Source of the DNA: Candidatus Margulisiibacteriota bacterium
GTDB taxonomy: Bacteria > Margulisbacteria > WOR-1 > JAHJIW01
Direction of reading: 5' to 3'
DNA: 64,000 nt
Assembly (NCBI GenBank): GCA_018823125.1
Contig: JAHJIW010000009.1
Span: 4,170 to 68,169, forward strand
The position numbers were made by a program, and so were the translations under genes. The notes below the pieces were generated by a model. That model saw nothing but the letters and a program-made list of their open reading frames with translations. It had not been told where the DNA came from and did no database searches. Below, in pieces: positions 7,688 through 17,906 of this stretch (its first letter is position 1; every line of letters begins with the position of its first letter).

Positions 7688-9916
7688 GTGAAAACTAAGT
7701 TATTTAAAATTTTATTAACTACTTTAATCTTCGGAATCCTGTTTGCGGCTGCTTCTTTTGCCGTGATTGATCCGATGTACATTGGGGTAGGAGCCAGACC
7801 GTTAGGCATGGGTAAAGCTTATGTTGGTTATGCCGAAGATGGTAACGCTATGTTCATGAACCCGGCTGGATTAGGCCGCATCGACCGCATTAAGTTTAAC
7901 AGTATGTCGGCTACCATGATGGGTGACATTAACTATCTGGTATTAGGCGGAGTTTACCCATTAGCCGAAGGACAATCGGTAGGCGTAGGTTATGTTGGAC
8001 TGGGTTCTGGCGGAATTGACCTAAGAGATAACAGCGGAAACTCAGTTGGAACTGGTGATTACAACAGTGCAGTTTTCTTTCTTTCTTATGGTCTTAAAGC
8101 TAATAATTTAATCTCAACTGCTCCCGAGAATTTATACTTAGGCGCTAACTTAAAATACTTCAGCCGTGCTTTAGCTGGTTCTTCTGACATGGAAGAGGGC
8201 AGTGGATCCGGTTTTGATGTGGACGTCAGTTTACTTTATCAAGCTAAACCATGGTTAAGACTAGGTTATACTCAGCAAAATACGTTACCTTCAAGTTTAG
8301 GGGCAAAAATCAATTTTGCTAATGGATATTCCGAAGGAATTCCTTTAGTTTCTAAAGTTGGCGGTAGAGTTCAGGTTTTAGGTGAAAAGGAAACCGCGCT
8401 ACGCGAAGCTAATTTTGATTTATCAATTGGTTTAGACGCTGATATTTACGTTACCGAAAAATTACCAACTGCTTTTCACTTAGGAACCGAAATTTGGCCA
8501 AATGAAATATTAGCGATCAGAATGGGGCTTGACCAAGATCCGAGTGTTAATGGCCTAGTCACTAACATTTGTGCTGGAATGGGTGTTCGTTACCGCGGAT
8601 TCGAATTTAATTATGCTTACCATCCTTACACCGAGTTTTCACAGGATACTACTCACTATTTCTCTATTGCCTATGTTGGTGAATCAATTGTTCCTTTTGT
8701 ACTAACTGTTGATGCTCCTTCAGATAAAGTGATCACTAAAGACGAAAAAGTAAGAGTTTCGGGTAAAGTAGAAGGATTAAAGAGAGATAAACTACGCACC
8801 TTAAAAATCAATGGCACTTCCATTGCTTTAAATGACGATAAAACCTTTGAAGCTGACGTTACTTTAGAAGTTGGTAAAAACTTAATCAAAGTTGAAGCCG
8901 AAAGAAACGACGGGGCTGCGGATCAAGCTAAAAAGCGCATCCTTAGAATTAAGGAATTTGCTGATATCAACGAAGATACCTTAGCTCACCAAGAAATCGA
9001 ATACTTTGGCACCATCGGATTAATCGAAGGCTATCCGGGCGGAAAATTTGATCCGGAAAAAGTTTTATCCAGAGTTGAATTATCTACCATTTTAGTTAGA
9101 ACTACTAACTTAGAAACGCCAAAAGTTTACGGACAGGTATTTGGCGATATTTCTTCCAGCCACTGGGCCAATCAATACCTCAAAGTAGCTAAAGACTATT
9201 ATTTAGTTGAAGGATATCCGGACGGATCGTTTAAAGCAGATAAAGAAATTAATCGTATCGAAGGCGCGGTGGTGGTTACTCGTTTCGATAATGATATCGA
9301 ATATCCGGAAGTAGTGGTTTCTAATCCTTATGATGATATTACTACTTCTCACTGGGCGGCACCGCACGTAACCGAAGCTAAGGATGCAGGCATGCTGGAT
9401 TATGTTATTACTGATTCGCTAAACGGACCAATTGGCGTTGATCGTTCGCAGTTTGTATCCATGCTGGCTAAAACTGGTATTGGACAACTATTGATTGATC
9501 AACTATTAGACTTCGAAACTGGTTATGAAACCCCGGATGAAAAGATCGTTTATATTCCTAATAAGATTATTGAACGTAGTGTCGCTGAAAAAGCTATCGA
9601 GAAATCTAAAAAATCCAGTTCAGTTAAATCTAAAAGTACAACTAAAGTTACTCAGCAAAAATCCACCAAATCATATGCAAAAAGCACCAAGAAATCTCAA
9701 AAAGTTGATATGGCTAAGCTGCGCAAATACCTGCAAACCTATGAGAAAACTGATATTGTTGGTACCGCCAACAGCAAAGGCACCGACGGCATGGTTTATA
9801 TCTTAGGTAACGGTAAGTTCTTGCACGTGATCGGATTAGGCGTAAGTATTTATGACGCTAAAGATGGTTCGTGGAAGAAAATTGACTACAATTTAGTGGC
9901 CTCAATCGTCAATTAA
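7688..9916 (+). CDS. PorV/FadL-like outer-membrane barrel fused to Ig-like and SLH domains
   Basis: GVGARPLGMGKAYV..NPAGL plug motif, alternating beta-strands, IEGYPGGKF/VEGYPDGSF SLH repeats, Lys/Ser-rich linker. Confidence 0.8.
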   Translation: MKTKLFKILLTTLIFGILFAAASFAVIDPMYIGVGARPLGMGKAYVGYAEDGNAMFMNPAGLGRIDRIKFNSMSATMMGDINYLVLGGVYPLAEGQSVGVGYVGLGSGGIDLRDNSGNSVGTGDYNSAVFFLSYGLKANNLISTAPENLYLGANLKYFSRALAGSSDMEEGSGSGFDVDVSLLYQAKPWLRLGYTQQNTLPSSLGAKINFANGYSEGIPLVSKVGGRVQVLGEKETALREANFDLSIGLDADIYVTEKLPTAFHLGTEIWPNEILAIRMGLDQDPSVNGLVTNICAGMGVRYRGFEFNYAYHPYTEFSQDTTHYFSIAYVGESIVPFVLTVDAPSDKVITKDEKVRVSGKVEGLKRDKLRTLKINGTSIALNDDKTFEADVTLEVGKNLIKVEAERNDGAADQAKKRILRIKEFADINEDTLAHQEIEYFGTIGLIEGYPGGKFDPEKVLSRVELSTILVRTTNLETPKVYGQVFGDISSSHWANQYLKVAKDYYLVEGYPDGSFKADKEINRIEGAVVVTRFDNDIEYPEVVVSNPYDDITTSHWAAPHVTEAKDAGMLDYVITDSLNGPIGVDRSQFVSMLAKTGIGQLLIDQLLDFETGYETPDEKIVYIPNKIIERSVAEKAIEKSKKSSSVKSKSTTKVTQQKSTKSYAKSTKKSQKVDMAKLRKYLQTYEKTDIVGTANSKGTDGMVYILGNGKFLHVIGLGVSIYDAKDGSWKKIDYNLVASIVN

Positions 9917-10546
9917 AGGTACAAAAACACATCCGATGCTTTCCGTGGTTACAATTTCCCCTTTGATTTTTTCTATGATGGTTAAAGTTTGAAAATATGG
10001 ATTTCCCACCGGAATAATTAGTTTCCCGCCCTCCTTAAGTTGATCAATTAAGCTTTGTGGAATTTTATCTGCTGCCGCAGTTACTAATATGCGATCGTAA
10101 GGGGCCTGCTTTTTGTATCCTTTAGCTCCGTTGCCAACTACAACCTCAAAATTTTGATAACCTAGTTCTTTGAGCTTATTGCTGGCACGATCTGCCAGGG
10201 TTTTAACTCTTTCAACGGAGATGACCTTTCTGGCTAATTCACAAAGGATGGCCGCTTGATACCCGGATCCGGCGCCGATTTCTAATATGGTTTCTTTGCC
10301 GGTTAGCTCTAATAGTTCAGTCATAATGGCCACCATATAGGGCTGGGAAATGGTTTGGCCTTCGCCGATGGGAAGGGCGCAGTCATCATAAGCCGCATCT
10401 TGAATGTTAGCCGGAACACACAAATGTCGGGGGACCTTACGGAAAGCTTTTAGTACTTTGGGATCGCGGATACCGCGGGCGATCAGCTGGGTATCCACCA
10501 TCTCATCTCTTAAAAATCCGGAGCGATCTTCCTGCATATTATTCAT
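9902..10546 (-). CDS. pcm: Protein-L-isoaspartate O-methyltransferase
   Basis: GQTISQPYMVA, LEIGAGSGYQAA. Confidence 0.96.
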   Translation of the reverse strand: MNNMQEDRSGFLRDEMVDTQLIARGIRDPKVLKAFRKVPRHLCVPANIQDAAYDDCALPIGEGQTISQPYMVAIMTELLELTGKETILEIGAGSGYQAAILCELARKVISVERVKTLADRASNKLKELGYQNFEVVVGNGAKGYKKQAPYDRILVTAAADKIPQSLIDQLKEGGKLIIPVGNPYFQTLTIIEKIKGEIVTTESIGCVFVPLIDD

Positions 10547-10652
10547 TATCGCTAAATCCCTCTCTAAAGTAAATAGAAAAATACCTTGACAATTGCTCAG
10601 ACTTCTTTAAAATGAAAATGAAAGTCAGTTTTTTATTGAGGAGTGTGTATTT

Positions 10653-11120
10653 TTGCTGCAAGAGGGGAAGGTTGAATACGGTTTCGGTCCCCATTTAATG
10701 CTGGATTGTTATGGTTGTCCTACCGAAAAACTAGGGGATGTTGACTTCATTTTTGAAACCCTCGATAAATTCCCGGATAAGATCGAAATGACCAAGCTTA
10801 TGCCTCCCTACGTGTTTAAGTACAAAGGAAAAGTTAAAGACGATTGGGGAGTTTCGGGTGTAGTGCTAATTGCGGAGTCCCACATTACCATCCACACTTT
10901 CCCGGAAAAACAACATGCTTTTGTTGACATTTTTTCCTGCAAAGAATTTGATGCCGCCCAGGCCGCCGCTTATTTAATTAAATTGTTCGAAGCCAAAAAA
11001 CATGATATCCAGCTTTTAAACCGGGGAATGGATTTTCAAAGAGACGTAAGACAAAGTGTTGATATTGTGGGAGGCGACCGCCGAGCCTTTTTTGAAAGGC
11101 CCCGTTTAACTATTAATTAG
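10653..11120 (+). CDS. speD: S-adenosylmethionine decarboxylase proenzyme (SpeD/SpeH family)
   Basis: GVSGVVLIAESHITIHTFPE self-cleavage motif; adjacent to speB; sigma70 promoter TTGACA 10586/TAAAAT 10608. Confidence 0.85.
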   Translation: MLQEGKVEYGFGPHLMLDCYGCPTEKLGDVDFIFETLDKFPDKIEMTKLMPPYVFKYKGKVKDDWGVSGVVLIAESHITIHTFPEKQHAFVDIFSCKEFDAAQAAAYLIKLFEAKKHDIQLLNRGMDFQRDVRQSVDIVGGDRRAFFERPRLTIN

Positions 11121-11128
11121 GACAAAAT

Positions 11129-11953
11129 ATGTCTTCATTTGCCGAAGCTAAGTTTGTAATTCTTCCGGTTCCCTACGAAGCAACCACCTCATATGGCCAG
11201 GGTACTAAAGCTGGACCAGCCGCAATTCTCAAAGCCCTTGATCAAGTTGAAGAATTTAATCACGAGTTTCAGTTTGATGCCTGGAGAAAAGACGGTATTT
11301 ATATCCAAAAGGCGCTTTCGGTTGCAAATACCAAGCGTCTTCCGGTAAATCAAATTAAAACGGGCATCCAAAAGATTTTGTCCAAAGGTAAAATCCCCAT
11401 CATGTTGGGTGGAGAGCATTCAATTGCGATGCCTGCAGTAGAAATTGCTAAAAAGCATTATCCAAAGCTCACGGTATTACAAATTGATTCACATGCCGAT
11501 TTAAGAAGTAAGTATATGGGGGATAAAGACAGCCATGCCACCGTCATGCGAAAAATATTAGATATTTGTCCGGCGGTGCAGGTTGGGATCCGCAATATTT
11601 CTGAAGAAGGTTATCAATTTGCCAAAGAATCCGGCCAGCTAAAAAAGATTCACTTTGCCGAAAAGAAATTGAATATCCGAAAAGTTTTGCGACAGCTTTC
11701 CAGGGATGTTTATATCACTTTCGATGTAGATGCCTTGGATTCTGCGGAGATGCCATCCACGGGCACACCTGAACCTGGTGGATTTTATTATCGACAAGTG
11801 CTTGAGCTTATCAAAGCCGTGGCTAAAAAGAAAAATATTGTTGGGATGGACGTTGTAGAGCTAATGCCGATTAAAGGATTACATGCCCCTGATTTTCTGG
11901 TTGCCAAGCTTATTTATCAGGCTATCTGTTATATTTCATATTTCTCCAAATAG
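11129..11953 (+). CDS. speB: Agmatinase
   Basis: GGEHS, DSHADL, DVDALD, TGTPEPGG ureohydrolase motifs. Confidence 0.92.
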   Translation: MSSFAEAKFVILPVPYEATTSYGQGTKAGPAAILKALDQVEEFNHEFQFDAWRKDGIYIQKALSVANTKRLPVNQIKTGIQKILSKGKIPIMLGGEHSIAMPAVEIAKKHYPKLTVLQIDSHADLRSKYMGDKDSHATVMRKILDICPAVQVGIRNISEEGYQFAKESGQLKKIHFAEKKLNIRKVLRQLSRDVYITFDVDALDSAEMPSTGTPEPGGFYYRQVLELIKAVAKKKNIVGMDVVELMPIKGLHAPDFLVAKLIYQAICYISYFSK

Positions 11954-11983
11954 TGAAATTTCCTCCCTAAATTTTCGATAATT
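11954..11983 (+). promoter_or_regulatory. sigma28-like promoter
   Basis: TGAAATTT-N14-CGATAATT, starting immediately after the speB stop. Confidence 0.7.
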
Positions 11984-12001
11984 ATATAAGAGGGAATAAG
12001 T

Positions 12002-12814
12002 ATGCCTACTGGAATATCAAAAATGAGAGTTTATGCAAAAGATGGCCAACGCCGTAGCGGCCGAATTGCGGTTGCCCGACAAATATCACCTCGTCCTGAA
12101 ATGGACGTGGCACAAAAAGCCAGATTAGTTGAATTAAAAGAGCGTGCAACAACCATTGGCAACGATATTGTTGGTGGTAAGGCTTTATGGTCTTGGGCGA
12201 TTTTTGATTTTGGGGGAGAATTGCCTAGGGAAGGGGAAGACGTCGCCTATTGGCGTGGCTATTTTCAGGTAGACCCCGATCAGGTGGCCAGAGCCGGAGA
12301 AATTATCCATCAAGTAGCAGAAGAGCGAACGGAGCAAGACTTATTAACCCATTTTAAAGTTTTAATTGCTTGTGTGCCGGTGCGATCTCTTGTTCATGAG
12401 CTGGCGGGGCCGCCAAGTATGAAAACGTGGCCGGATGATAAGTACGTAGGAGATTTCAGGGCACATGAGGCGGGTTTGCCGATAAGCGCAATTTATGGGA
12501 TGAGGCAGGAAGATATGCTGGGGGTTTTAGCTTCTCTTTTTAGACAGGATGCGTGGAGAACAGAAATTGAGGCCGAAAGAATTGCCAGAGGACACTTTGA
12601 TTTTCGGCAGGGAACTAACCGTTTTAGAGATCCCAATTCCGGAGAACTTTCGATCTGCCTTTCTCACAATAAATTTCCCGGTCACACTAACGTGTTTTTA
12701 AAACGTTTGCATGCCGAAGGAAAAAACTGGAGAGAAGAAGTAGACGGGCCGACCACCAAAGAATTAGAGGCAGCGTGGAGAGCCGGAACGATAGCAGAAC
12801 TAGTTAACCCATAA
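12002..12814 (+). CDS. Orphan hypothetical protein, basic N-terminus
   Basis: 270-aa ORF with GAGGGA RBS; no recognisable domain. Confidence 0.75.
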   Translation: MPTGISKMRVYAKDGQRRSGRIAVARQISPRPEMDVAQKARLVELKERATTIGNDIVGGKALWSWAIFDFGGELPREGEDVAYWRGYFQVDPDQVARAGEIIHQVAEERTEQDLLTHFKVLIACVPVRSLVHELAGPPSMKTWPDDKYVGDFRAHEAGLPISAIYGMRQEDMLGVLASLFRQDAWRTEIEAERIARGHFDFRQGTNRFRDPNSGELSICLSHNKFPGHTNVFLKRLHAEGKNWREEVDGPTTKELEAAWRAGTIAELVNP

Positions 12815-14291
12815 ATTTAATGGCCTTTTCCAACCGCTCAATTACTTTTTCTTTACCCAAAACCTCAATTACATCATACATTCCAGGAGTAACTGCTCTT
12901 CCGGTTAATGCTAACCTCGCCGGATGAATGACCCCTCCTAATTTTACTTTTAATTTTTCAGCTAAGCCTTTAAAAACGTCTTCAATGCTTGGTTTATCAA
13001 AAGTTTTAAGTTCGGATAGAGATCGTTTTAAATCTTCCAGGATTTTTGTAGTTTCTTCGCCTTTAAAATGTTTAGCGGCGGCTTTTTCGTCATAGGAGGT
13101 AATGTCTTTAAAGAAATATTCGGAGGCCGGAACAATATCGGTAATTAATCTAAGTCGTTCTTGCAGTACGGTGATAACTTTTTTAAGATAAGCGATGCCG
13201 GCGGCATCTTTATCATCGAGTTTTAGCTTGGGATAGGCTTTTTCCAGGTAGGGTAGAGCCAGATCAAAGATTCTTTCGGGGAGTGATTCTTTAATGTAAT
13301 GGCTGTTGAGCCAGGTTAACTTATCCGAATCGAAAACCGCGGGGCTATTAGTAACTTTATCCAGAGTAAATAGTTCAATCAATTCTTTCCTGGAGAAAAT
13401 TTCCTGATCTTTGTGTCCCCATCCCAGACGCGCCAAAAAATTCACCATGGCTTCGGGTAAAAAACCTTCCTTTGCGTATTCGGTTACCGATTGAGCCCCG
13501 TGTCTTTTGGATAAACGGGCTTTATCTTTACCTAAAATCATGGGGATGTGGCCAAAGTGCGGTGGATTCCAACCAAAAGCCTGATAGATCTGGATTTGGC
13601 GGGGTGTATTAGACAAATGATCATCGCCGCGGATCACGTGCGATATTTCCATGAGGTGATCATCCACGACCGCAGCGAAATTATAAGTTGGAAAGCCATC
13701 TGATTTCATGATAATGAAGTCGTCGAGGAGTTCATTTTCAAATTTTACTTCACCGCGGCATAAATCGTTAAATATGGTTTTTCCTTCTTCCGGCATTTTA
13801 AAACGCAGCACTTTATTGCGGCGGCTTACGTGTAGTTCCTTAGCATCTTCGGCGTTGAGGAAGCGGCATTTCTTATTATATTTTGGAGCGGCTTTATTTT
13901 TAGCCGCTTTTTCTCTTTCCTTTTTTAATTCATCAGTAGTACAGTAACAATAATAGGCTTTGCCTTCTTTAATTAATTGCTCAGCATATTTTTTGTAGAT
14001 ATGCAGGCGCTGGGTTTGAAAATAGGGTTCAAAGGGGCCGCCGTCGCGAGGGCCTTCTTCCCAGTAAATACCCAACCAACTTAGACCTTTCAAAATAGTT
14101 TCAACTGCTTCCTGGGTGGAGCGTTCCTGGTCGGTATCTTCAATCCTTAAGACAAACGTGCCGTCAAAATGTTTAGCAAAAAGCCAGTTAAAAAGCGCGG
14201 TGCGGGCTCCGCCCAGGTGCAAGGCTCCGGTGGGACTGGGCGCAAACCTGACCCTTACTGCTCCGTTGACGATTGTTTCTCGACTAGACAT
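12804..14291 (-). CDS. gltX: Glutamate--tRNA ligase
   Basis: RFAPSPTG, HLGG (HIGH), RLSKR (KMSKS). Confidence 0.97.
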   Translation of the reverse strand: MSSRETIVNGAVRVRFAPSPTGALHLGGARTALFNWLFAKHFDGTFVLRIEDTDQERSTQEAVETILKGLSWLGIYWEEGPRDGGPFEPYFQTQRLHIYKKYAEQLIKEGKAYYCYCTTDELKKEREKAAKNKAAPKYNKKCRFLNAEDAKELHVSRRNKVLRFKMPEEGKTIFNDLCRGEVKFENELLDDFIIMKSDGFPTYNFAAVVDDHLMEISHVIRGDDHLSNTPRQIQIYQAFGWNPPHFGHIPMILGKDKARLSKRHGAQSVTEYAKEGFLPEAMVNFLARLGWGHKDQEIFSRKELIELFTLDKVTNSPAVFDSDKLTWLNSHYIKESLPERIFDLALPYLEKAYPKLKLDDKDAAGIAYLKKVITVLQERLRLITDIVPASEYFFKDITSYDEKAAAKHFKGEETTKILEDLKRSLSELKTFDKPSIEDVFKGLAEKLKVKLGGVIHPARLALTGRAVTPGMYDVIEVLGKEKVIERLEKAIKFMG

Positions 14292-14390
14292 ATATATAAT
14301 TCCTTGTTCCCGGTTTCACGATAAAGTATAATCAGTTTAGTCAGTATCAGTATACATTTTTAGGCTCTATCTCATCAAGTGAGGAGCAGC

Positions 14391-15206
14391 GTGTTGAAGA
14401 AGATTGTATTAAGTTTAGGTTTTCTCCTTTTGTTTTCCACGGTTTCTTTTGCGGCTAACGACGGATTAATCTCAATTTTAAAAGACGGGGTGGGTGTCCG
14501 CTCTCTGGCGATGGGCGGAGCTTTTACCGCGATCGCCAATGATCCTTCCACCGTATTTTATAATCCGGCCGGATTAGCTTATCAAAGTTTAGGGTTGATT
14601 CAGGGCTACGATGATATTAATCATCAGCAAAGTTCCGATTATGATCATACGTTTATTCTTTTTCACTCGATTGCATTTGGACACTGGCTAAAGAAAGATC
14701 TTAACGGAAACCTAAATGAAATTTATGCCTATAGTATTGGACGCCGTGCTTCGCCAGACATCAGTTACGGAATTACACTCAAAAATGCTCAGTCTAATCA
14801 AGCGGGCGGCCAGATATTAGGGTACAGTTATGATATTGGAATTTTGGGGGTCATTTCACCGCAATTTAGATGGGGTATTTTGGTGCAGGATATAATTGAA
14901 ACTTTAGACGTTCCGGCCAGTTTTAGGGCCGGAGTGGCTTACGCCGTTTTTCCCACCATTATGCTGGCTTCGGATATCGAATTTAGAAATTTAAGAGCAG
15001 CGGCGGGCCCTGATATTTATGGTCATTTTGGCGTAGAAAATAAAATAACCGATGGTTTTGTAATTCGCGGCGGCTACGACCGCAATCATTTTACCGGCGG
15101 AGCATCGGTTGGGTTAGGTCCGGTAACAATCGAATACGGTCTGATTACGGCGACCGAAGGCAATACGTCTTCGGTGCAGATGTTAGGAATGAAGTACGGT
15201 CAATAA
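14391..15206 (+). CDS. PorV/FadL-like outer-membrane beta-barrel protein
   Basis: Signal peptide, GVGVRSLAMGGAFTAIANDPSTVFYNPAGL motif; start GTG after GAGGAG. Confidence 0.75.
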   Translation: MLKKIVLSLGFLLLFSTVSFAANDGLISILKDGVGVRSLAMGGAFTAIANDPSTVFYNPAGLAYQSLGLIQGYDDINHQQSSDYDHTFILFHSIAFGHWLKKDLNGNLNEIYAYSIGRRASPDISYGITLKNAQSNQAGGQILGYSYDIGILGVISPQFRWGILVQDIIETLDVPASFRAGVAYAVFPTIMLASDIEFRNLRAAAGPDIYGHFGVENKITDGFVIRGGYDRNHFTGGASVGLGPVTIEYGLITATEGNTSSVQMLGMKYGQ

Positions 15207-15218
15207 ATGGAGGTTTAT

Positions 15219-17636
15219 ATGCTCAAAAAGTTTATTTATTTACTGATTTTAATTTTAATATTTTCCGGTGCCGCTTTTGCGGATCTTACTGATGATCTTT
15301 TTAGGCAGGGGATGGGGATCAGGGCGATGGGGATGGGGGGAGCAGCTACCGCGGTGGGCGGCGATGCCAGCTCCATTTTTTATAATCCGGCCGGCCTTTC
15401 CGATTTGATATTTGAGTATGCGGTAGGCGCCACCGATTTAGATCAAGCCGATTATACCGCCAGTCGATACGACCTTTTAAGTATTGGCCCCTTTGCCTAT
15501 GGAAATTTCGGTTTATCTACATCGCAAGAATCGGCGTCAACCGTAATGTACGGTTTTGGCGCCAAGGGGATGGGAGGTTTTAACTGGGGAGTTGCCTACA
15601 AAACAGCCCGTTGGAATTTGCTGACCGGAAACGGTGAAGGCTGGTCCGCAGATTTGGGAATCCTCTTAAAGATTACGCCGGCGCTTTCGCTTGGTGTGGT
15701 GGGACAGGAAATTGCTTTTCAGCGCGGGTTTCTTGCTCCATCTGCTACGCGAGTTGGCATGGCCCTGATGCCGCTGCTTGATCGTATGCTTTTTGCGGCA
15801 GACGTGGAGATTGACGAAGGCCGCCGCAGGGAAAATTTATCCCATTTCGGGATGGAACTTGAAATTACCAAAGGATTAATCGGTCGGGTAGGCAGTGACC
15901 GCGGGCTAATGACGGCGGGAGCCACCTTTCAATTCCCGCTGATTGCATTTGAATACGGCATGAAAAATCGCGGCGGATCCCAGGGGTTAATCCAGCGTTT
16001 TGGCGGAACCATCCGTTTTGTAAAAAAGCGCGAAAGAAGCTTTTCTATCTTTGGACCGAAAGAATATGTAGAAATTGATCTGCGGGGAGCAGTTTCGGGT
16101 GGAACGGATAGTTACAGTATTTTAGGCGGCTATTGTCGCGGATTAGATAGTATTCTTTCAACCCTGCGCCAGGCCAGTCGCGATCCTGGATTGCAGGGTA
16201 TTTTTATTAAGATATCTGACTTTCAATCCGGGTTGGGTGGTCAGGCTGTGGTGCAGGAAATCCGGGGTGAACTTGAGGCGGCCAAAGAGTCGGGCAAGAA
16301 GATTGTAGTTTATATTGAAAGCTCCGCTTTGGGAGATGGATATTATTTAGCCAGCGTCGGCGACAAAATTATTGCACCCCAGGGAGCCTCGCTGGGTGGC
16401 CTAGCCAAAAAAGTTGAAATAACCCGCATCAAAGAACTTTACGAAAAATTAGGCATTGAATGGCAGCTTTTTGCTGAGGGTAAAAACAAAACTACCTTCT
16501 CCGGACTAACCGAGGGATTGACCCCGGGACAAAGAGAAATTTTAAAAGGCGTAGTGGATGACTTATACCGCCAAATGCTAACCGACATTTCTGAAGACCG
16601 TGAAATTGAACTGGCCCGGCTGAAAGAAATTGGCGACGGCCGGGTTTTGACCGCCAAGGAAGCCCAGGAACTTGGTTTAATTGATGAAATTGGTTACTTA
16701 GATACCGCAAAAAAGATTGCCGCCGAACTAATTGATACTAAAGAAGAGATTCAGCTGGTTAAGCCCCAAAACTTAATGCCCGAAAAAGACATGCAGGATT
16801 ATCTTTTCTCGTATTTTAATAAGGTAGCGGTGATCGAAGTTGATGGCGAAATTACCATCGGAGGCAGCGGTGATAATTTATTATTTGGAGGCCGTTATAT
16901 CGGAGCCGACACCGTTTCCGAAAACATCCGCAAAGCCACCGAAGATACCCAGGTTAAAGCGATCATTTTAAGAGTAAACAGCCCAGGTGGTTCGGCCATT
17001 GCTTCGGGACAAATCTACGAAGAAATAAAAAGGGCCAGAGAAAAAGGAAAAATTGTGGTGACTTCCATGGGAGATGTCGGAGCTTCCGGAGGATATTATA
17101 TTGCCTGCGCCTCCAATTATATTGTGGCTAATCCGGGAACCATAACCGGAAGCATCGGCGTGATCGGAGCCTTGCCCATCATGTCCGGTTTTTACGAAAA
17201 GTTTGGTATTAAAAAAGAAGTGGTCAAAGAGGGAAAATATGCGGACATGTTTTCGGGTCTGCGTAAGTTAACTCCGGAGGAAATCGAATCGATCCGCGTT
17301 TTACAAAAAGATACTTATGACGAATTTTTAGCTAAAGTAATCGCAGGCAGAGAGCTGCCTACGGCAGAAGTAAAAGCCATTGCCGACGGCCGCATCTTAA
17401 CCGGACATCAGGCTTATGAATTAGGCCTGGTGGATGAATTAGGTGGTTTTCAAACCGCAATTAACCTGGCTAAGCAGGAAGCCCATATCCGCGGAGAGCC
17501 GGTTTTAGTTTATTATGGCCGTCAACCGGGCTTATTTGTTCAGGTTGGCTCCACGATGCTGCAAATGATGGGACTGGAGAACGGAATTTTACCTGAGGTA
17601 AATAAGGGCGAACTGACCGAACTGAAGCTTTATTGA
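15219..17636 (+). CDS. sppA: PorV-like barrel fused to tandem-domain signal peptide peptidase SppA (S49)
   Basis: N-terminal GIRAMGMGGA..YNPAGL barrel; C-terminal RVNSPGGS, ASGGYYIA, TGSIGV. Confidence 0.85.
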   Translation: MLKKFIYLLILILIFSGAAFADLTDDLFRQGMGIRAMGMGGAATAVGGDASSIFYNPAGLSDLIFEYAVGATDLDQADYTASRYDLLSIGPFAYGNFGLSTSQESASTVMYGFGAKGMGGFNWGVAYKTARWNLLTGNGEGWSADLGILLKITPALSLGVVGQEIAFQRGFLAPSATRVGMALMPLLDRMLFAADVEIDEGRRRENLSHFGMELEITKGLIGRVGSDRGLMTAGATFQFPLIAFEYGMKNRGGSQGLIQRFGGTIRFVKKRERSFSIFGPKEYVEIDLRGAVSGGTDSYSILGGYCRGLDSILSTLRQASRDPGLQGIFIKISDFQSGLGGQAVVQEIRGELEAAKESGKKIVVYIESSALGDGYYLASVGDKIIAPQGASLGGLAKKVEITRIKELYEKLGIEWQLFAEGKNKTTFSGLTEGLTPGQREILKGVVDDLYRQMLTDISEDREIELARLKEIGDGRVLTAKEAQELGLIDEIGYLDTAKKIAAELIDTKEEIQLVKPQNLMPEKDMQDYLFSYFNKVAVIEVDGEITIGGSGDNLLFGGRYIGADTVSENIRKATEDTQVKAIILRVNSPGGSAIASGQIYEEIKRAREKGKIVVTSMGDVGASGGYYIACASNYIVANPGTITGSIGVIGALPIMSGFYEKFGIKKEVVKEGKYADMFSGLRKLTPEEIESIRVLQKDTYDEFLAKVIAGRELPTAEVKAIADGRILTGHQAYELGLVDELGGFQTAINLAKQEAHIRGEPVLVYYGRQPGLFVQVGSTMLQMMGLENGILPEVNKGELTELKLY

Positions 17637-17639
17637 GGA

Positions 17640-17906
17640 TTATTTTTCGGCGCGCTTTAGGTAATTGATGTTATTGGGATAAACCATGTCTAGTTCTTCT
17701 CTGGCGATTGCGGCAACCCGTTCGAGCGAGCTTTTTTCCGAAACTTTGGCTGCCAGCGACAGGTTTTCGGCGTGCATTTTATCAAATTCGATTTTTATTT
17801 CTTCAATCTGATATTTAATTTCCATGCTTTTGGTAAAAATTCCCAGGTGGATGACTGCCAGGGTTACTAAAAATATTAAAATGATAATGGCTTGGCCGAT
17901 TTTCAT
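17640..17906 (-). CDS. ftsL: Cell division protein FtsL-like
   Basis: TM segment + coiled coil + ERVAAIAREELDM; directly downstream of rsmH. Confidence 0.75.
   Translation of the reverse strand: MKIGQAIIILIFLVTLAVIHLGIFTKSMEIKYQIEEIKIEFDKMHAENLSLAAKVSEKSSLERVAAIAREELDMVYPNNINYLKRAEK

Noticed and set aside
9595-9705. Lys/Ser-rich low-complexity stretch as a DNA repeat
   Set aside because: Protein linker with no exact nucleotide repeat unit
14297-14332. CGATAA upstream of the PorV-like/sppA operon as another sigma28-like site
   Set aside because: No matching -35 at the required spacing, and a TATAAT follows directly
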